From Candidatus Bilamarchaeum dharawalense (GTDB taxonomy: Archaea > Micrarchaeota > Micrarchaeia > Anstonellales > Bilamarchaeaceae), in NCBI GenBank assembly GCA_902386555.1, contig CABMJJ010000009.1, positions 345,870 to 409,869 on the forward strand: DNA of 64,000 nt, written 5' to 3'. Shown here in pieces: positions 38,611 to 47,384 of the stretch. Under the pieces are notes generated by a model. That model saw only the letters and a program-made list of their open reading frames with translations, did no database searches and was not told the DNA's origin. A program made the translations under genes and the position numbers. The first letter of the stretch is position 1. Every line of letters starts with the position of its first letter.

Positions 38611-39129
38611 ATGGACGAAGAAACACTGAAGGCAAAGGTTGACGAACTCGAGAAGAAGAAGTCAGAGCTCATTGAGCGCATAAAGCAGCTCAACCGCAGG
38701 ATCAGGTATAAGAATTATGAGCAGAAGGCCCTTCAACCTTTCCTGGAACAGACCAAGGATGTTCAGGTGGCTCCTCTGAGAAAACAGAAAAGAGCGCTTG
38801 AGTTCAAGATTTCTACTGCAGCCTATACTCCGAAAATGGAGAGGGAAATACTTAAACACTTGAAAAAAGTCGACGAACAATTGGAAAAAGTAAAGGAAGT
38901 TGAACGAGCACGAAGAAAAATAAAATACGTCGAACAGGATATCAGTGAAGGAGAAGCTGAAATCGGAAAAATCGAAACCGAACTCAAGGTCATTAGAGAC
39001 GAGCTCAAAAAATACTATGATGAAATGAAAACCATGCGCATCAGCCAGAGAAAACAGGCTGCAGCACAGGCAAGAGCAGAAGAGGACATGGTTGCCCTCG
39101 GCGACTTGGCATTCATAGAAAAAGAATAA
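38611..39129 (+). CDS. Hypothetical coiled-coil protein
   Basis: 172 aa, almost entirely heptad-like charged helices. Confidence 0.4.
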   Translation: MDEETLKAKVDELEKKKSELIERIKQLNRRIRYKNYEQKALQPFLEQTKDVQVAPLRKQKRALEFKISTAAYTPKMEREILKHLKKVDEQLEKVKEVERARRKIKYVEQDISEGEAEIGKIETELKVIRDELKKYYDEMKTMRISQRKQAAAQARAEEDMVALGDLAFIEKE

Positions 39130-39137
39130 TTTTTGTT

Positions 39138-39180
39138 TGTGAAACCTACGGTTTCACATGTCTTCTTTATTTTATATTTA
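39138..39180. terminator. Hairpin (tgtgaaacc-tac-ggtttcaca) followed by a T-rich tract, between convergent genes
   Basis: Perfect 9-bp inverted repeat at 39138-39158, then tgtcttctttattttatattt. It sits between the coiled-coil gene (+) and the NUDIX gene (-). Confidence 0.5.
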
Positions 39181-39564
39181 TTGAAGATGCCTAATTGCAT
39201 CCCTAACTATTCTCCCATGGTCAGTGCACAATTTGGGCAAATTGTGAAGTTCGAACCACCTTGCCTCGTCTGCATCGTCTCCTGCACGAACTTCACCACC
39301 GGTTCTTTTGACTAAAAAAGCAGCAACAATTATACCTCTGGGATCGCGATTGGGATCAGAATAAAGTCCCGTAAAGGTTATTGGTTCGACATCTAGACCG
39401 GTTTCTTCTTTCATTTCCCGTTTTGCACATTCCTCTGCAGTTTCATTATCTTCAATTCTGCCGCCAGGAACTGCCCATTCTCCCTTGAATGGTTCTCGCC
39501 CTCTTTTTACAAGTAGGATTTTCCCATTTTCAACTAAAATCATGTCGCAGGCGAATGGTCTCAT
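39178..39564 (-). CDS. NUDIX hydrolase
   Basis: Nudix box GGRIEDNETAEECAKREMKEETGL. 128 aa. Confidence 0.8.
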   Translation of the reverse strand: MRPFACDMILVENGKILLVKRGREPFKGEWAVPGGRIEDNETAEECAKREMKEETGLDVEPITFTGLYSDPNRDPRGIIVAAFLVKRTGGEVRAGDDADEARWFELHNLPKLCTDHGRIVRDAIRHLQ

Positions 39565-39588
39565 AATTTAGAATAAGAGTGTGAATTA

Positions 39589-39840
39589 TTATTTGTTCAC
39601 TTTAACATCCCAGATATATTTGTTTCTCGTTGGTACGGCATCCACTTTCACAGTAATCCCGTAATCATGCTTTTTTATCAGATTATTAAGATCACGAAGT
39701 AGATTGTCATTAACTTCATCAGTATTAACCCAGGAACAGGATTTTCGTGTAATGATACAATCAGCAATAACCAATGCATCATGTTCGGTAATACCAATGC
39801 TTGTGAGCTCTGTAATGATTTCTTCTGATCTATCTGCCAT
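39589..39840 (-). CDS. Hypothetical small protein
   Basis: 83 aa ORF, no motif recognised. Confidence 0.35.
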   Translation of the reverse strand: MADRSEEIITELTSIGITEHDALVIADCIITRKSCSWVNTDEVNDNLLRDLNNLIKKHDYGITVKVDAVPTRNKYIWDVKVNK

Positions 39841-39875
39841 GGCTATGATTCTCTAAGAAAGTTTATATAAATAGG

Positions 39876-40331
39876 CTAGAATAGCCTTCCCTGAACTGCT
39901 TCTGGATCGACTTTTAGAAGAACCCTAGTAACCTGTCTAGATAGAGCGTCCTGAGGTAGTTGTGGCTGACCTCCATAAAATAAAGTAGATACCACTCGTT
40001 CTAAAACAGTTTTTGTCGCTGTTGCTGGTTCTGGAACCAAAGCGCGAACTTCAGCAATAACATCAAGAACTCTTTGGGCATCATCCGTACTTAGCACACC
40101 TTTGGCTTGATAGTTGAGGGCATGGGTGAATGTTATGTTTAATAGTGCAGAACCACGTGGAGACCGATCAGCCATTAAGCTTCTGAATCGTTCCATTCTA
40201 CCAGGAGTGGCCAGAATTCTAAGGCCTTCTTGAAGAACATCGATACCAGTGCCTGTTTTCTTCCAACGATCAAACAGCGCTGCCATGTCTTGCTTGCGTT
40301 CTGGAGGCATGGTACTAAAGCGAAAATCCAT
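39876..40331 (-). CDS. Hypothetical protein with atypical (GC-richer, Ala/Arg/Leu/Gln-rich) composition
   Basis: 151 aa. Composition contrasts with the Lys/Ile/Asn-rich neighbours. Confidence 0.35.
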   Translation of the reverse strand: MDFRFSTMPPERKQDMAALFDRWKKTGTGIDVLQEGLRILATPGRMERFRSLMADRSPRGSALLNITFTHALNYQAKGVLSTDDAQRVLDVIAEVRALVPEPATATKTVLERVVSTLFYGGQPQLPQDALSRQVTRVLLKVDPEAVQGRLF

Positions 40332-40509
40332 GAAGTGAATATGGTCCGTAAGTTATAAAAAGGTTTATTTTGTGGGTATGAATTAGATGTAGAGGTGTTG
40401 TAATGAGGTAAAAGGAGTAGAAATGGTCAGACGCTGTTGACTTCATCACAGATCAGAGGTTGTTCAGGTCATCATCCCAGATAGGATAGTATAACAAGTG
40501 GATATAAAC

Positions 40510-41097
40510 CTAAGGCTTGGTTGCTTTTGTAAGATAAAGCTTCTCAAAAAAGAATTTTTCCTGGGCAATGAAATTGATTTTATAACCCATTTCTTGGAGT
40601 TTTCTTATAATTGCCTTCTCATTGGTTAACGAACTTAGAATAATAAGCAGAACACCACCTGGTTTTAGGTAACTGTCCACATGATTCAAAAACTGTTTAA
40701 TAACTGACAGCCCATCAGGCCCGCCATCAAAAGCCAGATTAAGATCGCCTTCGATAACTTCCTCTCTGGATGTGGGAAGATAGGGCGGATTAAACAGAAT
40801 AGCATCGAATTGTTGTTTTGGAACATTGGAGAAAAGATCGCTTTCGATGAATTGCACTGATTTGATTTTGTTTCTTTTGGCATTTATTTTTGCGCATTTC
40901 ACTGCTTCGGGATTAACATCAACACCTAGAACATTGCCGCCCTCTCGAGCACATATGAGCGAAACTATTCCACTCCCACACCCGATTTCAAGTATTTTTC
41001 CTCTTAATTTCATGGCAGCATTTGCCAGTAGGAAAGAATCTTCCGCAGGCTCATAAACACTTGGGTAAATAACAAGATCAAGACCCAAATACTTCAT
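40510..41097 (-). CDS. HemK/Mtq2-like N5-glutamine methyltransferase (release-factor methyltransferase family)
   Basis: SAM motif ILEIGCGSG and the substrate motif NPPY. 195 aa. Confidence 0.7.
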   Translation of the reverse strand: MKYLGLDLVIYPSVYEPAEDSFLLANAAMKLRGKILEIGCGSGIVSLICAREGGNVLGVDVNPEAVKCAKINAKRNKIKSVQFIESDLFSNVPKQQFDAILFNPPYLPTSREEVIEGDLNLAFDGGPDGLSVIKQFLNHVDSYLKPGGVLLIILSSLTNEKAIIRKLQEMGYKINFIAQEKFFFEKLYLTKATKP

Positions 41098-41180
41098 AAA
41101 TTCTATTTAGATGGAAAGATTAATTACCCGTTCCTATGGATTTGAGACTGGAATTTTGATTTATATAACCTACCAAATAA

Positions 41181-41816
41181 TTGGTAGCTATGGATGAGCT
41201 AATTTTTGCCCTTCTAAAACATGGAGCTTACCTTAGGCCAATTCGAATTACAACCACAGAGTTAGGCAGGATAGGGAGAATGTCCCAGCAAAATGCTTCG
41301 TATAGGCTTCAGAGTTTGGAGAAAAACGGGATGGTTCAACGTAATGCAGAGGGGATTGTTTTTACTAAAAAGGCAAAGGATGAAATTGCCAGAATTTATG
41401 CTGATATGAAAACCAGTGTTGAGGGAGAAAAGTTTGAACTAAACGGCAAAATAGTGAGTGGATTGGGTGAGGGGAAATTTTATCTTTCGCTTGAGGGTTA
41501 TCGAAAACAGATAAGGGAAAGATTTGGATTCCGTCCGTTTCCAGGAACACTAAATATTGAGTTAAATGAAAAGGAAATGTGGAAAAAACAGCAGGTTTTA
41601 GGAATGGAACCGGTGGTCATAATGGGGTTTAAAGACAGAGATCGAACCTACGGAGATTTATTTTCTTACCGATGTAAAATTGAAGGAAGAGAGTGTGTAC
41701 TAATCATACCAATAAGAACTCACCATGGACCGAAGGTTATTGAAATAATCAGCCAATTTAATTTGAAGAAAACAATGCACAAAAAAGATGGAGATTCTGT
41801 TAGGGTGGTATTCTGA
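41181..41816 (+). CDS. ribK: CTP-dependent riboflavin kinase with an N-terminal winged-helix domain (RbkR-like regulator/kinase)
   Basis: C-terminal archaeal riboflavin-kinase motifs (PFPGTLNIEL, and the LIIPIRTHH region). N-terminal HTH-like segment. Confidence 0.75.
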   Translation: MVAMDELIFALLKHGAYLRPIRITTTELGRIGRMSQQNASYRLQSLEKNGMVQRNAEGIVFTKKAKDEIARIYADMKTSVEGEKFELNGKIVSGLGEGKFYLSLEGYRKQIRERFGFRPFPGTLNIELNEKEMWKKQQVLGMEPVVIMGFKDRDRTYGDLFSYRCKIEGRECVLIIPIRTHHGPKVIEIISQFNLKKTMHKKDGDSVRVVF

Positions 41817-41842
41817 TTGAATTTGAAGGAATTGTTAGTAAA

Positions 41843-43150
41843 ATGAGATATAATTACGGTAGGAAAGAGTACATTATTACAGATGGTAAAATAGAACAGA
41901 ATATAAAAAGTGATCAACCGCTTAGTCAGGGTTCGGTAGTGAAACTAGAGGGAGAATTGGACGACAGCGGAAGCATTGTAGCAAACAGAATAGTTTTTTT
42001 AGAGGGAGTAAAAGAAACAGACGTTCTGGAAAGGATTAAGGCGAATGTTAGAGACTCGTTAAGGGTCAGCGATGAACCAATACTGGTAAACGATGAGATT
42101 ACAAAAAAAATCTGGCCGCAGTTGAAAGAACTAGCAGTGGAATTTGTTCTTGCAAAAAAACTCGGACGGTCAATTCTGCTAAGGTTTCATGGAGATGCGG
42201 ACGGAGTGTGCGGGGCATTTGCCTTGACAGGTATATTGTACTGCAAAACATTCCAACAGAATTCGGCAATGTACAATGTTAAGGATGCTTTTCGAGATAT
42301 GTCAACCATAGGTCAGGAAAATAAACCGCTGATTGTTTTGTTGGATTTTGGATCCAGTGACTCCTGTAAAGAAGCACTTGAGCTGATCGCAGCTGCAGGA
42401 ATTGATTATGTGATAATTGATCACCACCCATATAATGCAAAGGAAAATAGAAAAATAATCAATCCATTTGGTTTTGCGGATAATGTTTCAAAATACACTG
42501 CAGGTTATCTGGCATGTGAAATTGCCATTGCCTCTGGTCTTGATTTGGAAAAAGGCAGAGAGCTGGCAAAAATCGCCTGTGCTGGGGATAAAAGTAGTAT
42601 TCTGGAAAGTGACGATTCAGACGTAAAAAAGGCCATGGTTCTTGATTTTTTAACCAACCATGTTTCATTTGGAAATAATCTTGATTTTTATAAAAAAGTG
42701 ATGGAAAAACAGGAGCTCTTCGCTTCCATTGCTCAACAGGCAGATGAATCAATTGAAGAAGCTGCAAAAAAAGCCCTGGCAGGAGCAAAACGAGTGATAG
42801 AAAAGGATGTTGAAATCTGCACCTTTCCTCTTGATGCGATTGTTAGAAAAGGAGAATGGCCATCCTCAAGTAAAATAACTACCAGAGTCTACGATAAGAT
42901 TAGAGGGGAACAACCGCTTATTTGCATAGGATATACTGAATATTCTGTGATAATGAGAATAAATGATGGGGCAGTTGCCAAGGGACTCAACGCCAATGAA
43001 TTGGCTGAGAACGTGAAGAAAACAATGGCTGATTTTGTTAAAGGGGGAGGCGGCCATGCAAAAGCAGGTGCCATATCAGTGAGGCCAGGATTTAACCGGG
43101 AGGTACTTGGAGAACTTCAAAGACAAATTTCGAAAAGTTTAATAGCCTAA
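41843..43150 (+). CDS. DHH-family phosphoesterase with an N-terminal OB-fold (RecJ/GAN/Cdc45-like nuclease)
   Basis: DHH motifs HGDADGVCG and IIDHHPY. N-terminal SQGSVVKLEGELDD...IVANRIVFLEG resembles an OB fold. 435 aa. Confidence 0.6.
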   Translation: MRYNYGRKEYIITDGKIEQNIKSDQPLSQGSVVKLEGELDDSGSIVANRIVFLEGVKETDVLERIKANVRDSLRVSDEPILVNDEITKKIWPQLKELAVEFVLAKKLGRSILLRFHGDADGVCGAFALTGILYCKTFQQNSAMYNVKDAFRDMSTIGQENKPLIVLLDFGSSDSCKEALELIAAAGIDYVIIDHHPYNAKENRKIINPFGFADNVSKYTAGYLACEIAIASGLDLEKGRELAKIACAGDKSSILESDDSDVKKAMVLDFLTNHVSFGNNLDFYKKVMEKQELFASIAQQADESIEEAAKKALAGAKRVIEKDVEICTFPLDAIVRKGEWPSSSKITTRVYDKIRGEQPLICIGYTEYSVIMRINDGAVAKGLNANELAENVKKTMADFVKGGGGHAKAGAISVRPGFNREVLGELQRQISKSLIA

Positions 43151-43188
43151 AGATCAATAGTGAAAATACTAATTACGGGTGAGAGAGA

Positions 43189-44190
43189 ATGAAAGTTGCC
43201 ATAAGTGGATTTGGTAGAATAGGAAAATCTTTTTTAAAAGCAGCAATTAAACAGGGCGTTCTAGGTAAAGATTTTGATGTTGTCGCGATAAATACTAAGA
43301 GTGCAGTGGAACAACACGTTCATCTTTTCAAATATGATTCGGTCTATGGAAGATTTGACGGCGAAGTAAAAGCTGCAGATGGTTATTTCATTGTAAATGG
43401 TTACAAGATAAAATGGATAAACGAAACCGATCCCCTCAAACTGCCATGGAAAGAACTTGAAGTGGATGTTGTTCTTGAGAGTAGTGGAACATTTAGAGGA
43501 AGAGAGGATAGTGAAAAACACATTAAGGCAGGTGCAAAAAAAGTATTGATTTCTGCGCCTGGTGAAAACGTGGATGCAACAATTGTACCTGGAGTTAATG
43601 ACCATATTCTGAACAAGAATATGGTTTTGCTATCTCTGGCATCCTGCACAACCAACTGCTTGGCACCCATTGTCAAGGTGATGGATGAAAAATTCGGGAT
43701 AGAAAATGGCTTTCTAAGTACGATTCATGCCTATACTAATGATCAAAACATTCTTGATGCAAGTCACAAAGACCTTAGAAGAGCCAGAGCAGGCGCAGTG
43801 AGCATTATACCAACCAGCACCGGAGCAGCAAAGGCCATTGGTGAGGTCCTGCCTCAGTTAAATGGAAAGATGGATGGTGTTGCGTTTAGAGTTCCTGTGC
43901 CAGATGGCTCCATGAATGATATGACATTTTTGCTGAAAAAACCAGCTAGCAAAGACGAAATAAATGCCGAATTGAAGCGAGCGTCAAATGAAGAACTGAA
44001 AGGAATTTTGGGTTATACAGATGAACCGATTGTCTCGGTGGATATTATTGGCACCACCTACTCGGCAATTGTGGATTCCAAATTGACAAAGGTTCAGGGA
44101 CGTTTGGTAAAAGTATCTGCCTGGTATGATAATGAGTTTGGCTATTCGAATAGATTGGTTGATTTTGTTAAGAAGCTGAAACAGCTTTGA
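43189..44190 (+). CDS. gap: Glyceraldehyde-3-phosphate dehydrogenase (archaeal type II)
   Basis: NAD motif ISGFGRIGK and the catalytic Cys region SCTTNCLAP. 333 aa. Confidence 0.9.
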   Translation: MKVAISGFGRIGKSFLKAAIKQGVLGKDFDVVAINTKSAVEQHVHLFKYDSVYGRFDGEVKAADGYFIVNGYKIKWINETDPLKLPWKELEVDVVLESSGTFRGREDSEKHIKAGAKKVLISAPGENVDATIVPGVNDHILNKNMVLLSLASCTTNCLAPIVKVMDEKFGIENGFLSTIHAYTNDQNILDASHKDLRRARAGAVSIIPTSTGAAKAIGEVLPQLNGKMDGVAFRVPVPDGSMNDMTFLLKKPASKDEINAELKRASNEELKGILGYTDEPIVSVDIIGTTYSAIVDSKLTKVQGRLVKVSAWYDNEFGYSNRLVDFVKKLKQL

Positions 44191-44238
44191 CCGTAAAATG
44201 GCAGAGGCTTTTTAAAGTTCACTTTCCATAGATTTCCG

Positions 44239-44493
44239 ATGGCAATTGGCGCAGAAGTAGTTGCAGCGGGAATAGCAGCTTTCCTTACAACAATAGCTCC
44301 GATTATAGCGATTATTCTACTTACACTCGGTGGCATTACCTATGGTCTTGCCCAGACCCAACCAGCAGAGATTAGAGGTAAATGGCAAACTGCAGCAATA
44401 AGCATGTTTGTCGGCGGTTTAATCGTTGGGGCAGTGGCTGGAGCAGCAGGAATAATCCAAACAGCATCATCAGGATTGCTTAGACCTGCATAA
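44239..44493 (+). CDS. Small Gly/Ala-rich two-helix membrane protein (TrbC/VirB2-like pilin topology)
   Basis: 84 aa: a hydrophobic helix, a short polar loop (AQTQPAEIRGKWQ), then a second hydrophobic helix. It is followed by a strong hairpin terminator. Confidence 0.4.
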   Translation: MAIGAEVVAAGIAAFLTTIAPIIAIILLTLGGITYGLAQTQPAEIRGKWQTAAISMFVGGLIVGAVAGAAGIIQTASSGLLRPA

Positions 44494-44520
44494 AAAGGAC
44501 CATGGGTCCTTTTTGAATCT
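44492..44520 (+). terminator. Hairpin (aaaaaggacc-atg-ggtccttttt) with a T tract, immediately after the stop of the 84-aa membrane protein gene
   Basis: Perfect 10-bp stem directly after the stop codon at 44491-44493, followed by ttttgaatctcctttttattt. Confidence 0.55.
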
Positions 44521-44682
44521 CCTTTTTATTTAAGAGGATGATCATTTGGTTAGCGTAAGCCAGGTTTTCGTCCCGCTTCTTCCTTAATAGCAAGCTAGTT
44601 TTTTGGTTCTTTTTTCCTAAAAAAGAACTGCGGAAATGAGGTCCCATAAACTATTTAAATAACAAAAGAAGTAATCTTCATT

Positions 44683-44711
44683 AGTATATACATATAATAT
44701 AAGTATATACT
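44683..44711. promoter_or_regulatory. 9-bp inverted repeat (agtatatac N11 gtatatact) within an AT-rich putative promoter, 15-40 bp upstream of the 44726 ORF
   Basis: Read directly in the sequence. A second inverted repeat (gttctttttt / aaaaaagaac) lies at about 44603-44632. Confidence 0.3.
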
Positions 44712-44725
44712 TATGGGGGATAAAA

Positions 44726-44983
44726 ATGAAATCTACGGAAGAAAAATTAGATGATGATGGCTTTGAGGAAATCGAATCAAAACCAGAGTCAAGTGGACAG
44801 CAGAGTGGAGGGGGAAACAGACCAGATTTCCGAATAGTTCAAACCGATCGAGACAAGGATGGGAATGTTGTTTATAGTAATATTGGCGGAATGTGGAAAA
44901 ACATTTCTAAAAACGGAAAAACATTCTACACCATGCGAATTGGGCAATTGAAATTACTTGTTTTCCCAAATGAGCGAAAGTAA
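44726..44983 (+). CDS. Small hypothetical protein with an acidic low-complexity N-terminus. The C-terminal half (PDFRIV...[22 protein letters not shown]) is reminiscent of DUF736 proteins from plasmids/ICEs.
   Basis: 85 aa ORF preceded by an AT-rich region carrying inverted repeats. The resemblance comes from memory of DUF736 consensus features only. Confidence 0.3.
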   Translation: MKSTEEKLDDDGFEEIESKPESSGQQSGGGNRPDFRIVQTDRDKDGNVVYSNIGGMWKNISKNGKTFYTMRIGQLKLLVFPNERK

Positions 44984-45002
44984 GTGGATAGAGGCGACTA
45001 TT

Positions 45003-45974
45003 ATGGCAGAGGATAAAGAAAAGGATAAGAAAAAGAAATATTATAAGGACCTGGAAGATTTACCAGGAATTGGAGAGGTAACTGCGGAGAAACTTAGAGC
45101 AGCTGGCTATGGCGAATTTTCAGCCATTGCAGCAGCAAACCCACATGAACTTGCAGAATCAGGTGGGATGGGAGTGGAGTCAGCAAAAAAGGCAATAGAA
45201 GCTGCAAAATCCATGGTGGAGATAGGCTTTGAAACAGCAGATGTGGTGTTTGAAAGAAGAAAGGACCTTGGAAGAATAAAAACAGGTTCCACCGCACTTG
45301 ATGAATTACTTGGTGGCGGCATCGAGACCATGGCTATCACCGAGATGTATGGTAAATTTTCAAGCGGTAAAAGCCAACTTGGATTCCAACTTGTTGTGAA
45401 TGTACAAAAACCAGTGGACCAGGGAGGGTTAAACGGTGCGGTCTTGTTTGTAGATTCAGAAGCAACATTCAGACCAGAAAGAATATTTCAGCTTGCTGAA
45501 TCCCAGGGACTTGATCCACAGACAGTGCTGAAGAACACTCACATTGCCAGAGCGGAGAATAGTGATCATCAAATAATTCTACTTGAAAAAGCAGAGGAAG
45601 TTATAGAAAAAAACAACATCAAATTGATTGTTGTTGACTCCCTAACCTCTCATTTTAGAGCAGATTATCTAGGTCGTGGTGCACTTGGCGAACGCCAGCA
45701 AAAACTGAATAAACATGTCCATACCTTACAGAAATTAGCTGAAAAATACAATCTGGCAGTTTATGTTACCAATCAGGTCATGGACAATCCTGGAATTTTA
45801 TTTGGTGACCCAACAACGCCGATTGGAGGCCATGTTCTTGCCCATATGTCAACATACAGATTATATGTGAGAAAAAGTAAAGATGACAAAAGAATAGCAA
45901 GATTGGTGGATTCCCCAAATCTACCTGAAGGTGAGGCAGTATTTCGCGTAACTCCGAAAGGACTAACAGATTAA
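45003..45974 (+). CDS. radA: DNA repair and recombination protein RadA
   Basis: N-terminal HhH domain ([20 protein letters not shown]) and a RecA core with Walker [11 protein letters not shown] chose the start at MAEDKE (atg at 45003) rather than the track start at 44958, which overlaps the upstream ORF. Confidence 0.9.
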   Translation: MAEDKEKDKKKKYYKDLEDLPGIGEVTAEKLRAAGYGEFSAIAAANPHELAESGGMGVESAKKAIEAAKSMVEIGFETADVVFERRKDLGRIKTGSTALDELLGGGIETMAITEMYGKFSSGKSQLGFQLVVNVQKPVDQGGLNGAVLFVDSEATFRPERIFQLAESQGLDPQTVLKNTHIARAENSDHQIILLEKAEEVIEKNNIKLIVVDSLTSHFRADYLGRGALGERQQKLNKHVHTLQKLAEKYNLAVYVTNQVMDNPGILFGDPTTPIGGHVLAHMSTYRLYVRKSKDDKRIARLVDSPNLPEGEAVFRVTPKGLTD

Positions 45975-45982
45975 TTTTTTTA

Positions 45983-46645
45983 TTATTTTTCGTATTTGGA
46001 CTTTGGATAAACTCCTACTCTACCATCGTCACTAAAATACACGTTTTTACCAGGAACTTCAAGGGTATTACCGTAAAGGTAGGTGTTGCCACCATTGATA
46101 ATGTGATTAAGATAAACAAACCACATCTTTATGGCTTCACTTCCAGCATAAACACCTTCTTTTTGAAGCCATCCGCCTCCAACATGATGAGCAACTTTGA
46201 GAAGATAATCATCACCGTCTTTTTTTATGTAAACACGAAGATGATCATTGCCAAAGCCTTCCCAGATCATTTCTGAACCTGAAAAATTATAGGCAAATTT
46301 GTGGTAGTAGCCACCTCTAGAAACGTCAACCATCACAGCAGCACCGCCATAGTTGAATGGTGTTTCATCACCACTGCTATCAAAACAGTCAGTAGTACAA
46401 ATCCCATTAACTTTGACGAGTTTTGGATCGGTAACCGCAAGCAGAGGGCCAAATGCTTTTTCAGTGGCTTCTATCACTGTTTTTGGGGGTATTTTGAGTT
46501 CAGAAACAGTTGACGGTCTAGTGCAAGCCATGGCACCTGCAAGCAAGGGAACGACGAGAGCAGCAGGCAACATCCTTTTAACTAAACTTTTGTCGTCCTT
46601 TTGATGAACAGGTTCTAGAACAGCAGATCTATTGATTCTAGTCAT
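45983..46645 (-). CDS. Hypothetical secreted/lipoprotein-like protein
   Basis: 220 aa. N-terminal hydrophobic segment with an LAGAMAC lipobox-like site. Convergent with radA. Confidence 0.4.
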   Translation of the reverse strand: MTRINRSAVLEPVHQKDDKSLVKRMLPAALVVPLLAGAMACTRPSTVSELKIPPKTVIEATEKAFGPLLAVTDPKLVKVNGICTTDCFDSSGDETPFNYGGAAVMVDVSRGGYYHKFAYNFSGSEMIWEGFGNDHLRVYIKKDGDDYLLKVAHHVGGGWLQKEGVYAGSEAIKMWFVYLNHIINGGNTYLYGNTLEVPGKNVYFSDDGRVGVYPKSKYEK

Positions 46646-46675
46646 GGAAAAACATATGGAACTAAGGATTTAAAT

Positions 46676-47350
46676 ATGTTTCCATTTTTTAACATGAATT
46701 ACAATATTATCCCAATAAAAAGATTTTTAGCTTTAAATAGCAAGACGAGTATGATGGCCGAGAACACGACAGATTGGTCTGGATTAGTACTGATAGCAGC
46801 AAATATCTTAACAATAATTTTAGCAGTTTTATTGCAGTATGATTTTGGAGTGATGATTTGGAGCTACTGGGCAGAAAGCGTAATCATAGGAATTTTTACA
46901 ATTGTTGGGATGATCACGATTGGACTGATGTCAAAGAACATTCTGGGGTGGTTCTCAGCAGTGCTCACGGTGGGATTTTTTACAGTTCATTATGGAATGT
47001 TTCATTTCATCTATGCGGTCTTCTTGTTAGTCATACCACTGTTTGTTGTAAACAATTGGGTGGATGTTACTATGACGACCGGAATTTTATTCCTGAGTCA
47101 TCTTTTTTCTTTTATTTACAATAGCTTTCTAAGAAAACAAACACAGACAACCGTGGATAAAATGATGCTTGAACCATATGGGCGCATAGTGCCGATGCAC
47201 CTGACGATCATGTTGTCTGGCTTCATAATATTTATTTTCCCAAGTATGGATGCATTACCAAAAACGATACTGCTGGTTGTTTTTATGTCATTAAAAACGA
47301 TTGGGGATTTCTTGGCTCATAGAAAGAAGCATACAGTTAACCAAGAGTAG
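46676..47350 (+). CDS. Hypothetical polytopic membrane protein (6-7 TM helices)
   Basis: 224 aa. The start could instead be the MMAEN methionine at 46751. Immediately upstream of the FlaI-like ATPase. Confidence 0.4.
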   Translation: MFPFFNMNYNIIPIKRFLALNSKTSMMAENTTDWSGLVLIAANILTIILAVLLQYDFGVMIWSYWAESVIIGIFTIVGMITIGLMSKNILGWFSAVLTVGFFTVHYGMFHFIYAVFLLVIPLFVVNNWVDVTMTTGILFLSHLFSFIYNSFLRKQTQTTVDKMMLEPYGRIVPMHLTIMLSGFIIFIFPSMDALPKTILLVVFMSLKTIGDFLAHRKKHTVNQE

Positions 47351-47384
47351 AATTATAAAAATCCCCTGTAATAGATTTGGGGGG

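Noticed and set aside
40332-40509. The 178-bp intergenic region inspected for a tRNA or small RNA
   Set aside because: No acceptor-stem/T-loop-like GTTCRANYC pattern. No GC-rich structured island, which is the expected signature of RNA genes in an AT-rich genome. The intergenic regions at 44494-44725 and 60813-61008 are negative in the same way.
44958-45002. Track RadA start at 44958 ([15 protein letters not shown]…)
   Set aside because: It overlaps the 3' end of the upstream small ORF. The MAEDKE methionine at 45003 gives a RadA of typical length (323 aa) with the HhH domain intact.
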